Part shown: piece after piece, positions 14,514 to 29,383 of the stretch
Position numbering within the stretch: position 1 is the stretch's first letter
Layout of the letters: each line of letters opens with the position of its first letter
NCBI RefSeq assembly: GCF_009914755.1
Contig: NC_060925.1
Reading direction: 5' to 3' (one strand)
Source: the human T2T-CHM13v2.0 reference genome, Homo sapiens
Length of the DNA: 64,000 nucleotides
The notes under the pieces: model-generated
What the model saw: the letters and a program-made list of their open reading frames with translations, nothing else
The model's database searches: none
Told to the model about the DNA's origin: nothing
Position numbers and translations under genes: made by a program

Positions 14514-14795
14514 CAGTGTTGTCCAACACAAACATGATGCAAGTAACTTTAAATCTTCTAGTAGCCACATGTTTTAAAAATAAAAGGAAATACGTAAAAT
14601 CTAGATTAACAATAATATTGCATTTAATTCAATATATTCAAAATATTCTTTCAACCTATAATCAACATAAAAATTATAAATGAGCTATTGTACATTCTTT
14701 TTTATTTTCACACTAAACCTAGAAATCAGGATTGGCTACATTTCAAATGCTCAGTAGCCATCTGCAGCTAGTGGCCACTGCATTGGACACAACAG
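14514..14795. mobile_element. MER33 hAT-Charlie MITE
   Basis: Ends cagtgttgtccaa / ttggacacaacag; perfect 8-bp TSD ggttagag at 14506-14513 and 14796-14803. Confidence 0.85.
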
Positions 14796-15121
14796 GGTTA
14801 GAGACATCTACTCATCCAGAGGGAGAGGGATGCCCGTGGTACATTTTTAGGGGGAAAAATGGAAGGTGGAGGATATTATACAGTTAGGAGCTCATGTTTG
14901 AGGGGGAAATCTAGGCATGTATGTCATGTATGCTTGTATGGGCCTATACGAGCATGAAGAAGGATGGTGAAGTATATACACATCAGGCTTTAACACTGGT
15001 TATTCATGACAATAGGATTTGAGGGGACTGGGTACTAGATAGAATATTAACAGCTTTTTAAAACTTATATCCTTGCATTGTTTCACATATTACAATGGCC
15101 TGTATTAGTTTTGTAATTTTC

Positions 15122-15412
15122 AGCTGGGCACAGTGGCTCTTGCCTGTAATGCCAGCACTCTGGGAGGCTGAGATAAGAGGATAACCTGAGTCCAGGAGTT
15201 CGAGACCAGCCTGGGCAATGTAGCAAGACCCCATATCTAAAAATAATTTTTAAAATTAGTAGGGCATAATGGCATGCACCTGTGGGACCAGCTACTCTGC
15301 AGACTGAGGTGAGAGGCTTGCCTGAGCCCAGGAGGTCAAGGCTGCAGTGATCCGTGATCACATCACCGCACTCCAGCCTGGGTAAAAGAGTGAGACCCTG
15401 TCTCAAAAAAAC
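15122..15412 (+). mobile_element. AluJ-like
   Basis: 'gagcccaggaggtcaaggctgcagtga' J-type diagnostics. Confidence 0.85.
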
Positions 15413-15420
15413 AAGATTGT

Positions 15421-15751
<331 letters not shown>

Positions 15752-17528
15752 CTACCGAATAAGTTGCCAAAAGTTTCTAAAATTTATTTAAGAAGAGAGA
15801 TTCAGTTGCTCTAACAGTCAGGTAAGCACAAGCTTTCCGGAAGAAGGGAAATTAAGGACATTTTATCTTTTACTCAACTCACATAATGACAACAAATTTA
15901 GAAGTTATGTAGAAAAATAATAAGTTGTCATTTGAATCTTAGAATCAAATAGTAAGGAATTAGAAGTCACTTCCCACCCTGCCCCATCTGAAGACTCCTG
16001 CTTCACCTTGTCTGGTGTCTCACCTGCATGCCTTCCTTACTCAAGTTCTTCTCTCCATTTTAAATAAAAGCACCAGAACTTAGAGAGCCCATTAATAACA
16101 GGACAGAAGTAATAAGGCAGACTCCTAGGCAGACCAAGGCTACAGACTACTCTGAGGGATGGGTAGTAGACAGTAGGGTTTTGATGCAATTCTCCTGAAG
16201 GCAGATGAAGATGCTAGGCCAAACCCACCTAAGGCAGAGAGTAGCCAGGAGCAGGTGGCAGAAAAGAGTTCAAGAAGGTCTCAGGGGAGAGCCTCAAGAT
16301 CACCTTCACCACCACTCCCTGATAATTCTGCCTGTTCCTGCAATTCACCAAATTATGACATAATATTTGCACAGGACAAAGGGACATAAAAAACTGTGCC
16401 AACAATCTTGAAACTTTTGACCAGAATATACCTTAAAACACAACAGTGATCACCTAGATGAGTCAGGGAAACTAACTGGAAAGAAGAGTTGGCTGAATAA
16501 CTGGTTCTCTAGTCCCTGTAGGTTAGGAAAGCAGTTCCCCAAAAAACAAGATGACATAACACAGCCAATTCCCCACTCAGCCAGAGCCCTTTTCCATAGT
16601 TTTTTCCTGGAGAATTGTGGTCCATGTCCTGACACAATCAACATACAAGACTTCCATGGACAGATAGATTCATCTAAAGGCCATATCAAATGATGAGCTA
16701 TTGTTTCACTGGCTGACTCCCATTCTAACATATGTGAAAGAAACTCCCACGATGATGAACTCAAGATTCGAGTTCAGAGCTCTGAAAGGAATAAACCAGC
16801 AGGCACTGATGATGTTTTTAAGGTAGTTGTATGGAATCAAGGTCTGAAAAAAAGAAGCAAAGAAAAAAAGACAGAGAATGTATGGGTAAATATGGCAGGA
16901 GAAATGGGCAGTGAGACAGGTAACAAACCTGCTTGCTGTGTGCAGTTAGTCACAGTTCTCTGCTGCTATATGCCTTTCTTCAGGAAGGAAAAAAGAAGAG
17001 TTCAAGAGAGTGTTTGTACAAACAAAAACACATGTCATTTAGGATACCCTCTAAGGGATATAAGGGAAAGAGCATTGTAATTTTGGGTCTCCTAATCCAT
17101 CTCTGCCAGTGTCTCCCTCTGATAGTTTCATTGAGGCATTTTAAACCTTCCATGATGTCAAAACTTAATAATAATGTGATTTATTCTAAATAGCCCTAGA
17201 TTTCCTTAATAGCCTATTATGAATCCATCAGACATTTATTTGTCCGAGGTCTTGAACTTTTCTATAATTTCAGTGTGTGATACATTTTAGAGAATAAAAG
17301 TTCCAAAAAATAAACTCTGTGAAGGCTTTCCTTGTATTTGTTCTTAAAATGTCTCTCAGGCTTTAAGGGTTGCCTCTAAATTCTGTTATTGTTTGGTTTG
17401 ACATCAGGTCAATGCTGGTGCCATTCAAGTCCTCCATAATTTTTGTAATTTATAATGTACCACCCTTAACCTGTATGTACAGAATGGCTAGAAAGCTAGA
17501 TTTCTCTTACTGTTTCTACTTGGGATTT

Positions 17529-17899
17529 TGTCTTAGTCCATGTGGGTGGCCATTTAATAATAGCATAAATTAGGTGGCTTATAAACAACAGAAATTTATT
17601 TCTCACAGCTCTAGGGACTGGGAAGTCCAAGATCAAGGTGCTAGCAAATGTGGTGTCTACAGAGGGCCTCCTGCTTCCTGGTTCAAATACCTGTGTTCTT
17701 GCTGTGTCCTCAGATGGTGGTAGAGGCAAACCAGCTTCCTCAGGACTCTTTTATAAGAGCACTAATCCTATTCATGAGGGCTTTGCCCTCATGACATAAT
17801 CACTTCCCAAAGGTCCCACCTCCTAATATCATTCCTAATATCATTACCTTGGGGGTCAGGAATCAACATATTAATTGGAGTGTTGGGGGGTGCATAGCA
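17529..17899 (-). mobile_element. MLT1A0-like MaLR solo LTR
   Basis: 'gtggcttataaacaacagaaatttatttctcacagctctagggactgggaagtccaagatcaaggtg'. Confidence 0.85.
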
Positions 17900-19078
17900 A
17901 AGGTCTTCACAGTGAATGATTTTTCCACTAGAAATGACATTAAAGGCCTTAGCCTCACATAAAGCCCCAACTTCATTTCAAGGTACAAGGTCCATATGAA
18001 ACTTCCAACAAGAGAAATATCTAAATAAAAGAGTGATAACAAGCCCCTGGGAACAAGCCCCTGACCCCTCAGGTTCAGGTTGTATGCTCTCATGGCCCCC
18101 ATAGTTTCCTCTAACTTGCCTTTTCATCACACCACATTATATTATAATCGTCTGTTATTTATCTGTATCCTGTTTCTCAAGCCAAACCATAACTCTCATG
18201 GCAGTTTTATTCTCAGACACATACCCAGTAACTAGCAGAGCCAAGGACAGTGCGATAAATCTATGAGGAATCCATGAATGAGCTACTTTATCATAAATAA
18301 GCATTTTTAACTAATGTACCAAAACTATGTAATGTGCATCCTCAATAGCTTTCTAGGCCATAGGTGACTGGGTCCCATAGGAAGCCTCTATCATACCATA
18401 CACTCACCTTGCAGTGGGGCTCTACACTTTAATACACCCAGAAATTGATCAAACTTCACAATTTACTAATAAAAAAACTTCAGTGAAGATTATATAGGAA
18501 GATGGGAAAGAAGGTTTACATTCTCATACTGTAGCAAACTTTCTTTAAAATCCCTTGCATACTTTTCTATTCTTTCCCATGAAATTCTCCTTGTACAGCC
18601 ACCCCCTTTTCCCCCATGGGCTCCTTCTCCCCAGCCCTTCCTCTGCTTCTCTTCACCTGTATGTATTAGAAAAGATTCACTCTAACTTGCATCTGCCCCC
18701 TCATCACCCAGCCCTATAAATACAGTAAATGCTTCAACTTGGGATCCATCCTCATTAGAAAGCAGAACCATAAGTAGAAAGCAGAACAACATAAGTAAGT
18801 TGTCCCTGAAACCTATTTTTAGATAGGAGTTTACAGAGGGTATGGGGTCCTGTCCACTTAACCAGTCAGACCAATTCCACATGCAGTCTACCTTCTGGCC
18901 TCAAATCCTGAAGGACTGACTAAAAGAGATTGCATTTTAGTCTGAGAGTCCTGTGAGAATCATCTCTTTCCTCGAAGTGGGAGGGAACAGAGGTTTGAGC
19001 AGAAACTGTTTTTAAACATGTTTCAAGGACCTTGAAATACCTCCTACCAAGAAGACATAAAATACTACGGATTCTAAT

Positions 19079-19499
19079 TGTCTCGGTCAAGATTCAACTA
19101 GAGAAGCAGAACCAGTAGGAGATACATATATTAGGAGATTTATTACAAGAAATTGCTTACATAGTTGTGGAGGCCGGCTAAGCAAGTCTGATATTCCCAG
19201 GGCAGGTAGTCAGGAAGGAAGATCTCAGGTCAAGGTCATGTGCACAGGCCAAAGTTGTCCTCCATAAGCAGAATTCCTTCTTTTACTTGGGGAAGACTCA
19301 GCCCTGTTTTTAAGACCTTCCACGCAATTCAGTCAGGCCCACCCAGGTTATCCTGAGTAATCTCCCCTACTTAAAATCACCTGGTTAAGAGCACTAGTTA
19401 CATCTGCAAAATACCTTCAGAGTAAGACCTAGATTACTGTTTGATTGAATAAATGAGAACTGTAGCCTAGCCGAATTGACACATCAAAGAAGCCATCAC
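19079..19499 (-). mobile_element. MLT2-family ERVL solo LTR
   Basis: 'gagaagcagaaccagtaggagata...gcctagccgaattgacacatcaaagaagccatcac'. Confidence 0.75.
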
Positions 19500-19686
19500 T
19501 CTAAGTAAAGACAATAAAAACCAGCAGCACTTACGGAGGTCCCATTCTAAACACCTCACATATGTTATGTCCTTTACTTTGTGCAATCACCCTATATGAT
19601 ATTATTATCTCTATTATACAAAAACTCTTCAGGCTGATTATTGGCTAAAATGCCATTGGAAGGCAGCAGCTTCTATCTCAATCCAG

Positions 19687-20002
19687 TTTATTTTATTTTG
19701 TTTTTTTGGAAACGGTATCACTTGGTTGCCCAGGCTGGAGTGCAGTGGTACAATCATGGCTCACTGACGCCTCTATCTCCCAGGCTCAAGTGACCCTCCC
19801 ACCTCAGCCTCCCAAGTAGCTAGGACTACAGCTGTGCACCACCACACATGGCTAATTTTTTTTCTTTTCTTTTTTTTTTTTTAGTAAAACCAAGGTCTCC
19901 TTATGTTGCCCAGGCTGATTTCACACTCCTGACCTCAAGTGATCCTCCTGCCTCAGCCTCCCAAAGTGCTGGGATTACAGGTGTGAGCCACCCCACCCAG
20001 CC
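19687..20002 (-). mobile_element. AluJ-like
   Basis: Reverse Alu with a T-rich tail. Confidence 0.85.
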
Positions 20003-20226
20003 TCGATCCGTTTTAATTGTCAACCAACTGCTCTGTATTAGCAGCAAGAGGAACGTGAACTGAGGGGAGAAAATCCCTTCTTCAACACCCAGCAGATGGA
20101 CCTGAGAAAAGGCTCTTGATCCACCCACTATCCAGCCCAGGGGGTGCACCTCTTACTTCCTGCTAAGAGTGCTCCCTCATTAAAGGATGTGCAGGCCAAA
20201 ATTAGTGTAGAGATTGAGTGCACACC

Positions 20227-20481
20227 AGAGTTTCTTAGCGGCAATACTATTGACATTTCGGACTGAGTAATTCCTGGCAGTCCAGCTGGGGGGCACGCGG
20301 CTGTCCTGTGCACTGTTAGGTTTAGCAGCAGCTCTGACCAATACCCACTAGACTCCAAGAGCCCCCCAACCCCTCCACTAGCAACAACCAAAAATGTCTC
20401 CAGATATTGCCCAATTTCTCCAGAGGTAAAGGATGGAAAAGGGGGAAAAAGCAGCAAAATCTCCCCAGTTGAAAACCACCG
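20227..20481 (+). mobile_element. MER20 hAT MITE
   Basis: 'actattgacatttcggactgagtaatt...caaccaaaaatgtctccagatattgcc...ccagttgaaaaccac'. Confidence 0.8.
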
Positions 20482-20877
20482 GGGTAGACAGAGTTCCTCT
20501 AAAGGAAAGGCTCGGGCTATAACAGGGTCATTTAGAAACAGAGGTCAGTGGTCTTTCTCCAGGGGAGCCACCACCCTTTAGGAATATAATACTCACTTTC
20601 TCACCTTCAGGCAGATGACACTCCCTCAGCCACCCCTCCCATTTGCCTGGATGATACCTACTTATCCTTCAGACTCCCTGAGCCCCTCAAGTCCAGGAAA
20701 GGTGCTCCTCCTCTGTGGCCTCTACTGAGGCACTCATTGCATAGTTTTCTTGCCTGTCGCTCACACTAGACCTAAGTTCTACCCTAGCACTAGCTGAGTC
20801 CTACTCAGCACTCCTGCACCTGTCATAGTGCCGAGACTCTTGCTTAATTCATGCTCTTGTTAAAATAATAAAATCTA

Positions 20878-21190
<313 letters not shown>

Positions 21191-21530
21191 TAAAATCTGA
21201 ATGTTATTGATTGTATACTATATGCCAGGCACTGTGTAAAGAAAGAATGAGTTAACTATAAATAATAAATGAATTAATGTTGAAAGAATACATAAAAGAA
21301 GCTATATATTATTCATTGTGGCCAAAATTGTACTATTATCTCAACATTTAGAGTATTCCTAAATATACAACACAAAGAGTAACAATTTTCAAAGAATTGG
21401 TACCGTATGAAATGTGTTTTACATTAAAACTTTAATGAACATGATTTGTCTATCTGTGATGATACAGAGGCCCATTTAAGACATTTCTGTCCTGAGGAGT
21501 CATTATTAGGAATAGCAATTATCACATTTC

Positions 21531-21646
21531 TGCTGGGCACAGTGGCTCATGCCCATAATCTCAGCACATTGGGAGGCCAAGGTGGGAGGATTGCTTGAGT
21601 CCAGGAGTTCAAGACCAGCCTTGAAAACACAGCAAGAGCCTATCTC

Positions 21647-21649
<3 letters not shown>
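21531..21649 (+). mobile_element. Alu left monomer (FLAM-C-like)
   Basis: Single left arm ending 'tatctctact' and running into (TA)n. Confidence 0.8.
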
Positions 21650-21715
<66 letters not shown>

Positions 21716-21770
21716 GTAGATATATATAGTAGATATATATAGTGTATATATATATATACACACACACATA
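21650..21770. repeat. Compound (TA)~28 / (CA)n microsatellite
   Basis: Pure TA run 21650-21705, then mixed CA/TA. Confidence 0.95.
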
Positions 21771-24700
21771 ACTGTCAGATTTTATAGATAGGAGAAACAG
21801 TCACACAATGTTCAGTTATTGTTGATAGAATACCAGGCACACAGCCTTTTCTATGGCACAGACATGAGTTTAACATAAACTTATTCACTTTGAACCCCTG
21901 AACCATAGTGAAAGGGTCACCAGATTTTCCCTCCCTCAAGAGGCAATGACGATGGGTCCAATAAGACATTTCTATTTGGTACTTAGCCTGGATTTTACAC
22001 AAGGGACTAAAATGTTATATTATTTGAGCCAGATCCATAAAACTAATGAGCCCTCTGCACTTTATGGTTCTTTCTCTCCATCATAGACTATTATCAGTGA
22101 CCCTATGAGCCCTTCCCTCCTGAGAGCTGCCCAATGGCTCAGCTGCAAAACTCGGGCATCACCGCCTCCCAGTCCTTCTGCAAGCAGCCCTGCATTTCTG
22201 TGCAGATGGCCACCTAGGAATCAATTCATCACATGGTTCCAAAGAGCTCAATACAATTAAAAATATGCAATTTGGAAAAGCCCCAAGCCCAGACCATTGG
22301 CCCAGCCCTCTCTATTCATGCTCAGCCCTGATCCTCTAGTGGTCAACGAGTGACCTAGAAGGAGAGAGACAAGCTTGCTCATGTTCAGTACTCATTGGCC
22401 ATTTTGAAATTGCAAGAGAGCAGATGGAGAAGTAACCTCAAATGAATATTCATAAAAATCAATTATCCACCTTCTGTGCCACCTGCCCTCTCAACCCAAC
22501 TTAGCCCACAGCTGTGAGCGGCAGGGGGGCATATACCCAAATCACGGCCTCACCTCGAAGGCATCCGCAGAGGCCAAGAGTCCAATGCCAAGCCTGGAAC
22601 TCTGGCACACCTGACCTGAAAAGATGGAATGTTTTGTGTTTGTGACCTTTAAAACAAGAACCAAAGCCATAGGAAGATGGCATGGGGTGGTGGAAAGAAC
22701 AAAACCTTCCAAGTAAGGCTGGTCTGGGCTCAGATCCCAGCACTGAACCTTCTTAACTCCTGTCCCTTAACCCTGATTAAACTGGACAGGTCGCCCACAT
22801 GCTGAGCCTCATTTTCCTCACCTGCACAGTACAGATAAAACCAACCTGCATGGGGGTAGGGCACAGATTGGGTAGACTAAGTAAGATAAGAAATATGAAG
22901 ATACGAAGCACCCAGCCATGGTAGAAATAAACAAATATTAGTTCCTCCTGCCCCAACAATACCATGTCACAGGGGAGAGATCAGATTTGCATGCATCAAA
23001 ACCATTTTAACAGACTGCTGTTATAATGGATGGATATATGTGATTCCTAGAAGTTTTATGACTCTAACATAGGAGTTTTCAGGGAGCTAAGATATATTTA
23101 AGGGATTTACTATTAATATAAAATGTTTCTGAAATATTTTTCCGTTGTTATGTTAAATAATATAGCTCCCTTGCATAAATCCTGTATTCCTGCATCCAAA
23201 GCTGTAACAAGGACAAGGCCACCAGGACTTGCCCAGCACTAAAAAATTTAGAACATCCCAATTATCAATTGCACTTTTAAAGGGCAGAATGGTAGAAATG
23301 AATGGAACGGAAAGGCCAAGTTCAAGGGCAAGGACACCCATTTGCCCAAGGGCCTCATTTTGAGCTGAGGGACTGCAGCCTCTCCTCTCTCCAGCCACAC
23401 ACTTAGTTGTTAACTGTGTTTTCCTCCCCTCCCTCGTCCCCCCATTCCCAGTGGGAAGCAAAGGAACCAGTTCTGTCTCTGCTGCCCCCAAGTTAATATT
23501 CCCCTAGCCTAGGCCAGATCACCTTTTCCCAACCTTCTCACAGAACCATCTCAAAAGTGGGACTCCAGCTTCCTACAGTGAAAATTCCAGCTTTCAACAT
23601 AATTACCTTAATGTGGAAAGAGAGTGGGGGTGGAGGGGCATTGTCAGTCAATACAGAGGGGTCCTGTGGAAGAAAACCATTTTTATTCTGAGTGCTTATG
23701 ATTTGCATCCAGGCTGTTTCCTTTTTTGTCTTTTGTTGGTTTTCCAAGTTTGTTAATCTGAGTGTGTGTTTGAAAAAGCAGAAAGTGAAAGGAAGTGGAG
23801 AATTTGGGTGATCGATCACCCCTCTGGATAAGCAACCTGGGCTCTTGATTTAATCATGCAGAGAGAGCAGTGAATTATTCTAATCAGGGGCTGCAGAACA
23901 GCTTTCCTTGGCCAAACCATAATCGGAAGCAAGTTGCTGGAGGCACCTGGGCCCCTGCCTGCCTTTCACACAGCCAGGTGGCCACCGCCATGATGATCCC
24001 AAGCAAGGACAGATTACAGACAACCCAGAGCCTTGAGTAACCCGGGATTCTACTTTCACATCACAATTTCTCATCCATCTCACCAGGGAATGGGACGAAA
24101 CCCTGACTCAATGTTGCATGTGACACACCTGCCCTCTCTCCCAACAGTCGATGACATTCACACCACCCCCTTCCAACAATGGCTGTGGCTGCTCCGCAGC
24201 TCCTGAACTCCCCCAGCCCTTCATAACTAGATATTGACAGCTTGGAAGAGACTGGACAGAAAAGAGAGCTTCTAACCCATTCTCACCACCTCTCCTACCC
24301 AGAGCGGAGAAGTACGCGCTCACCAGCCCATCATCAGAAACCTTAAGTTGCTCACATCAGAAGCTCAGCTTTGAAATAATGAAACCTCATGTTTAGGGGT
24401 GGGAACAAGTGCAGATTTTTCTCTCAAACCTGGAGTTATGCAGGAGTGCAAGAAAGAGTGGGGGCAGAGTGGAAGAGGAGGGAGAGGGAAGGAGGAGAAA
24501 AAGGAAAACTTCGTTCATAGAACACTGCTGATTTGGGACAAGCCCCCAGGCAGATCTTTCTAAAGGTTCATGGCCATCCTCCTACACTGTAGCCTGACTT
24601 CTTCTAGAGGCTTTGAAAAAGAGCCCTAAAGGAAAACATACCTCTTTCCCTACACCTGCTCTCTAGAGGAAGCACCTGAGGTGAGATGAAGATTCTGGAC

Positions 24701-26884
24701 TTCACCTGTAATGTATATTTCCCCCTTTTCCAGCCTCCTTTCTGCATGGCCTTGTTGTACCCAGGACCTTACCCTTCTCTCCCACCCTTTACTCACAGGC
24801 CCATATGCTCATTTTCTCTACTCACCTAGTCATTCTCAATCTATCTCAGCCCCCAGTTCCACCTGCTCACCCCAACTGGTTCAAAAGTCCCCCTCCCTTC
24901 TCAGAGGACTTGACGAGTGTCCTCTATTCAAAGCACAAGGAGGAATCCATTAGGCCACAGAGCTGATATTTGTCATCACCATCCCCTGGTTCTCTTCTAT
25001 AACATTTTTCTACGTTATTATTCCACAGAAACCCTGATGAAAATCACTGGGAGTGATTAAGACAAATAGAAAAAAGCAAACAGAATTCTCAAGCATTCTG
25101 CTCCGGAGATGCAGAGGCCTTGCACGGCAGGCAGAGCTTCTCATGTGACCCACAGGCTCAGGCCCAGTATTTATCAGCAAAGCTTCACCAGCTGGAATGT
25201 CAATGAGAGACTGGAGGATTATATAAGGGGAAGACAGATGTGCCCCCAGTGAGTAGTACGGAGGTCAGCAAGTCACTTTGTCCAGCTTTAAATCTATGAG
25301 GTGTGACATCTTGGCAGACCTGGAGATCTCCCTTGTTTTCTTTTTGATAGCAACTCGACATATTGCAGTGTGGGTCACTGTATATATTCAGGCCCTGACA
25401 GCTCCACAGAATTCCTTTCCCGCACACAATGGGGACATTCTCCACCTCAGTCTGCAACCTGAAGCTGGGATAGAGCTGGTATTCAGACCCCGCAGGAAGG
25501 CCACTCAACCACAGCTGAGAAAAGGCCTGACTTGTCTGCCCCAAAGGTTCAGGAAGAAGTAAAGATCCTGCCACCCCATCCAAGCTGCCTGGTTGGGATG
25601 GTGAGCAGTCAAGTTAATGTTCAACTGTATGCGCCAGTGCCTGGCTTTGTGAAAGGCTGAGCAGAGACCCCATCAACCCCTCCCAACTGTCATTCCAGGA
25701 AAGGAGATTGAGGATGAAATTTTAAATCTCCTACCCTATGCACAAGAACTAGCCCAGGATACTCTCCCGAAGATAACCTGGTTCTCTGTAGAGTGACTCC
25801 GGGTGACATCTACTACAGTAAAGGTATTTGGATGTGCTGAGATACTCTCCCCTACCCCTTGGATCCATGGCCTGTGGTCTTCCTTTCTCCTTTCCAGTCC
25901 CCACTGCCAGCCTGCATCCAGTAGCTAGTGTTTTCCACCTAGGGAAGCTCCTCTCCAATTCTCACTAGCCATGGAAATCTCGTAATTGCTTTTGCACGCA
26001 CCATTACCTCTGCCTGGGATGCCCTTCTCTCCCTCCCTGCCCTTTTGTCCAACAAGAAGTTCCCACTTCCAAGATCAGCTGTGACACCTTCTCAGACCCT
26101 CACTCTCTGGTCTCACTGACCACCCTCTGCCTCCCCACTTTGAAAGTCCCTCTCACAAAGCATTTGCTACACTGTTTGGCAATTACATGCTCACATGTGT
26201 CCTCCCAGAAGGCTAATCTCCTTGAGAACAGAAGTATTTTATTTTGTTCATCTTTATTTTATTGGTCTCTGAGTCCCAGCCAGCACAACAAGTATCTTAG
26301 GTGAATTGCATGCATTGACCAAGGCCACGGTCTTGCTACTGAATTCTTCAAATCTCTCCCAAGACCAGCATTATTCAGCCAGAGGTGTGTGGTCCTGCCC
26401 TCCTTTTCAGAGCACAGAGGGAAGCCACGAAGGATGCTTATCACGCCCTGACTCTTCTCTGTGAAACCTCTCGTTTAAGATAGGCTTCTATGGCAGGCCC
26501 CATGAAGTAAACCTTTTAAACTGTGAGGTGAAGTCAGGTTTGGTGGCAAAGTCCCTTCATAACACCAGGAAGGTCAACAACAGGCTGGGAGAGAGTCAGA
26601 AGGATGGAGAGCTCCCTGCACTATAGCAGGGCCTCTGATCCTGACTTCTTGTGAGTGGCGGTGTCCTCATCTCTCAGGCCACAAGCCTGAGGACCCCAGC
26701 CCTGTAGCCAGCTCCATGAGCCCTAGACCAGCCACCAACCCCTGAGGGCTCTTAGGCAGAGGCAGCTGTCATGTGGGGTGCCTGAGGGTGGGTGACCACA
26801 AACTAGGGGCAGCCACAGGACATCAGATGCTTCACCAGACATTTTTATCCTGCTGGTTTCTGTGGAAAACTCTTCTTTCATATG

Positions 26885-26953
26885 GGTAGTATGATGCCTT
26901 CAGCTTTGTTGTTTTGGCTTAGGGTTGCTTTAGCTATTCAGGGTCTTCTGTGG
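26885..26953 (-). mobile_element. Isolated ~70-bp internal L1 ORF2 fragment
   Basis: Reverse complement aligns with the window's own L1 at ~12410-12476 ('gcaaaaagaacaaatctggaggcat'). Confidence 0.75.
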
Positions 26954-27329
26954 GATACATTTCATAACCCACCAGAGCTTCAACAGATGAGAAGGGGGAC
27001 AACTTGATGAAAGAATTACTCAAAGTGGAAGGATCATAATAAAAGCCATGGGCCTCTGTTATTCCATCTAAACATCACCGTGCTCCAGGCCCAAGGACAG
27101 CTGGCTCTTCATCACAATCATTCTCGAATTTATGGGGCCTGACTACCTTTCAAGCATGTCTCTTGGCAGAGAGAGATTCCTACAAGCTGGATGATCTTGA
27201 CTGCATCCACAGAGAAGAAAAAAATGTGTCAAATTTGCACCTGACTGGCCCCCAAATTAAGTCTCTTAGTATTTCCCACCCACCGCTTCCCGCCTCCTTG
27301 GTTAGAAATGGGAGAGGCATTAGGAAGGG

Positions 27330-27572
27330 TGGCATGCTGAAAAGGGAATATGATTTGAAGTCACACCTTTACCAAGGTTCAAATCTCAGCTCCACCACTT
27401 GCTAGCTGGGTAACCTTGAACAAGCTCCATGACCTTGCTAAACCTTGGTGTCTTTATCTTTAAAATGGGAATGAAAATCCATAGCTCAGAAAGCCAATAT
27501 AAGAAAGAAGATAACGTCTATGAAGCATCTGGCAGAGTTCCTGAAATGGAAGAAGCTCAGTCAATGCTACTC
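27330..27572 (+). mobile_element. MIR SINE
   Basis: 'ggttcaaatctcagctccaccacttgctagctgggtaaccttgaacaag'. Confidence 0.75.
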
Positions 27573-27584
27573 CCCTTCACTTTA

Positions 27585-27843
27585 ACTCAGGTTCTAAAGT
27601 GTAGATGTAACATGCGTTAAAAGAATTTCACAGTCAAATAAGTTTGGGAAGTACTTGGTTAAACAAATGTAAACCCATTTCTTCTCTGCAGGACTTCTCA
27701 GAGTTTTTAATCTGCTAATGTGAGCTGTAAATCTCTAAGACGTACTACACTTTTCAGGCTTCCCAGGCCACCATGACCACAAAACTCTTATCATGGAACA
27801 TCACTCAGTAATGTTCTGTGGTTTGCCATTTAGAAAATGATGC
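27585..27843. mobile_element. hAT-Charlie MITE (MER112-like)
   Basis: 'gtcaaataagtttgggaa...ctgcaggacttctcagagtttttaatctgctaatg'. Confidence 0.55.
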
Positions 27844-29383
27844 TTTAAAATAAAGAGAAAATAGCAGTTAGATGCCACAGCTACTCAAATGATCTCTTCT
27901 TCTGGAGTCTGTAATTGGCCATTATTTCCCTTTAGGAAAACCATCACGAAAAAAAGAGAATCCAGAATCAATTTTCTTCCCCAAAACTACTCTATAAAAG
28001 GACTGCTTATCCCAACCCTTGCATTTTCCTAGATATGGACCCTCAAGCACTACATACTGCCTGAGCCTTTGCCACTCACATCCCTGCCGATATTCCTCGG
28101 CACTTGCTTCTCTGGAAGGCACTGAAGCCAAAAATAAAAGTAGAGGGGTAAATGGCCAAACACTTTTTAGGTTTCTGTCTGATTTTATGCTCCACATATG
28201 AATTTACACCAAATAGAGATTCCTGGGCCAATTTGTAGCTGCAGAGAAATTTTCAGCCATCTTATTAACTTTGCATGCCCTTGTTAAAAAAAAAAAAAAA
28301 AAAAAGCAGGCTACAGATTTCCATCACCAATTGGCAAAGAAAGGAACAAAGGACCAGAGCCCAGAGCAGTTGAGCCAGAGAGCAAACTACCACCAGAGGA
28401 GGGTGCAGCCTCCCCAAGCATGTAGTTTAGCCCAAAATTGAATTCTATGATCATCACTTCTATTCATCAGTGTAGATCCTGGCCTGTTGTGAAACAAGCC
28501 AATACTGCTGGCAAGTAGGTTTCATTTTGTAGAGGAAGAGAATTAATATGCACACTCAGTCTTTCCAAAACTATCTATCAGGTATGAAGAGCCACCACAG
28601 ACACTTTTGTCCAATAAAGTCCTGCCTAGAGTCCCGCCTAATAGCTTTACACTTTCGTTTGTGGATTAGATTCAAGCACAGTTTATCCCTTCATGCAGAT
28701 GAGAATGTCAGACAGCTCACCTACACCTCTGTGCCCTGAATCCAGGGGCACACTTAATCCTGCTGCTAGGTCAGATGCACAGCACACATGTGTCGACCTG
28801 GAGAGGTGGATGAGTGGGAAAGAAAAGGGGCTTTGAAAATAAGGGTTAATGTTACCAAGGCTCGGCATCAAAATCCCCCTCTGCACATCTTTGTTTCCCC
28901 TTCCCAGCTCTCTCCAGCTGCATTCCTCTACTCTTAGTAATATCCCAGGGCCTAGAGCAGTGCCAATCCTATTAGAGTTGAGAGACTAGGATGGAGGTAG
29001 CTAGGTACTCTCTAGGGGACTCCCTCACCAATTTCCTCATAGCCATTCCAGGGAGGTAGAAACCAAGCTCTAGACAAGACTCTGGAGACAAGGGCCCCGC
29101 CTTCCTTGGGTCACTCATGCCTGAGTCCAGCCCTCTGCACCACAGAAGTGGGAATCAAACCACTAGGATCACCTGACTCTTGGTCCTTGGAGGTTGGGGT
29201 GAGGGAGAGTGGCAAGAGTCATGAGGAAACTGTGGCACTCAGACTACAAAAATTGTGATAAATCTGCGTATGAATATCTGTCTTTCACCCAGTCACTTCA
29301 TGTAGAACATCATACTATCCCAAGCAGACCCTTCAAACTAAATAGTAAATCCACTAACACAAAATCAATCACATTTACCCGTC

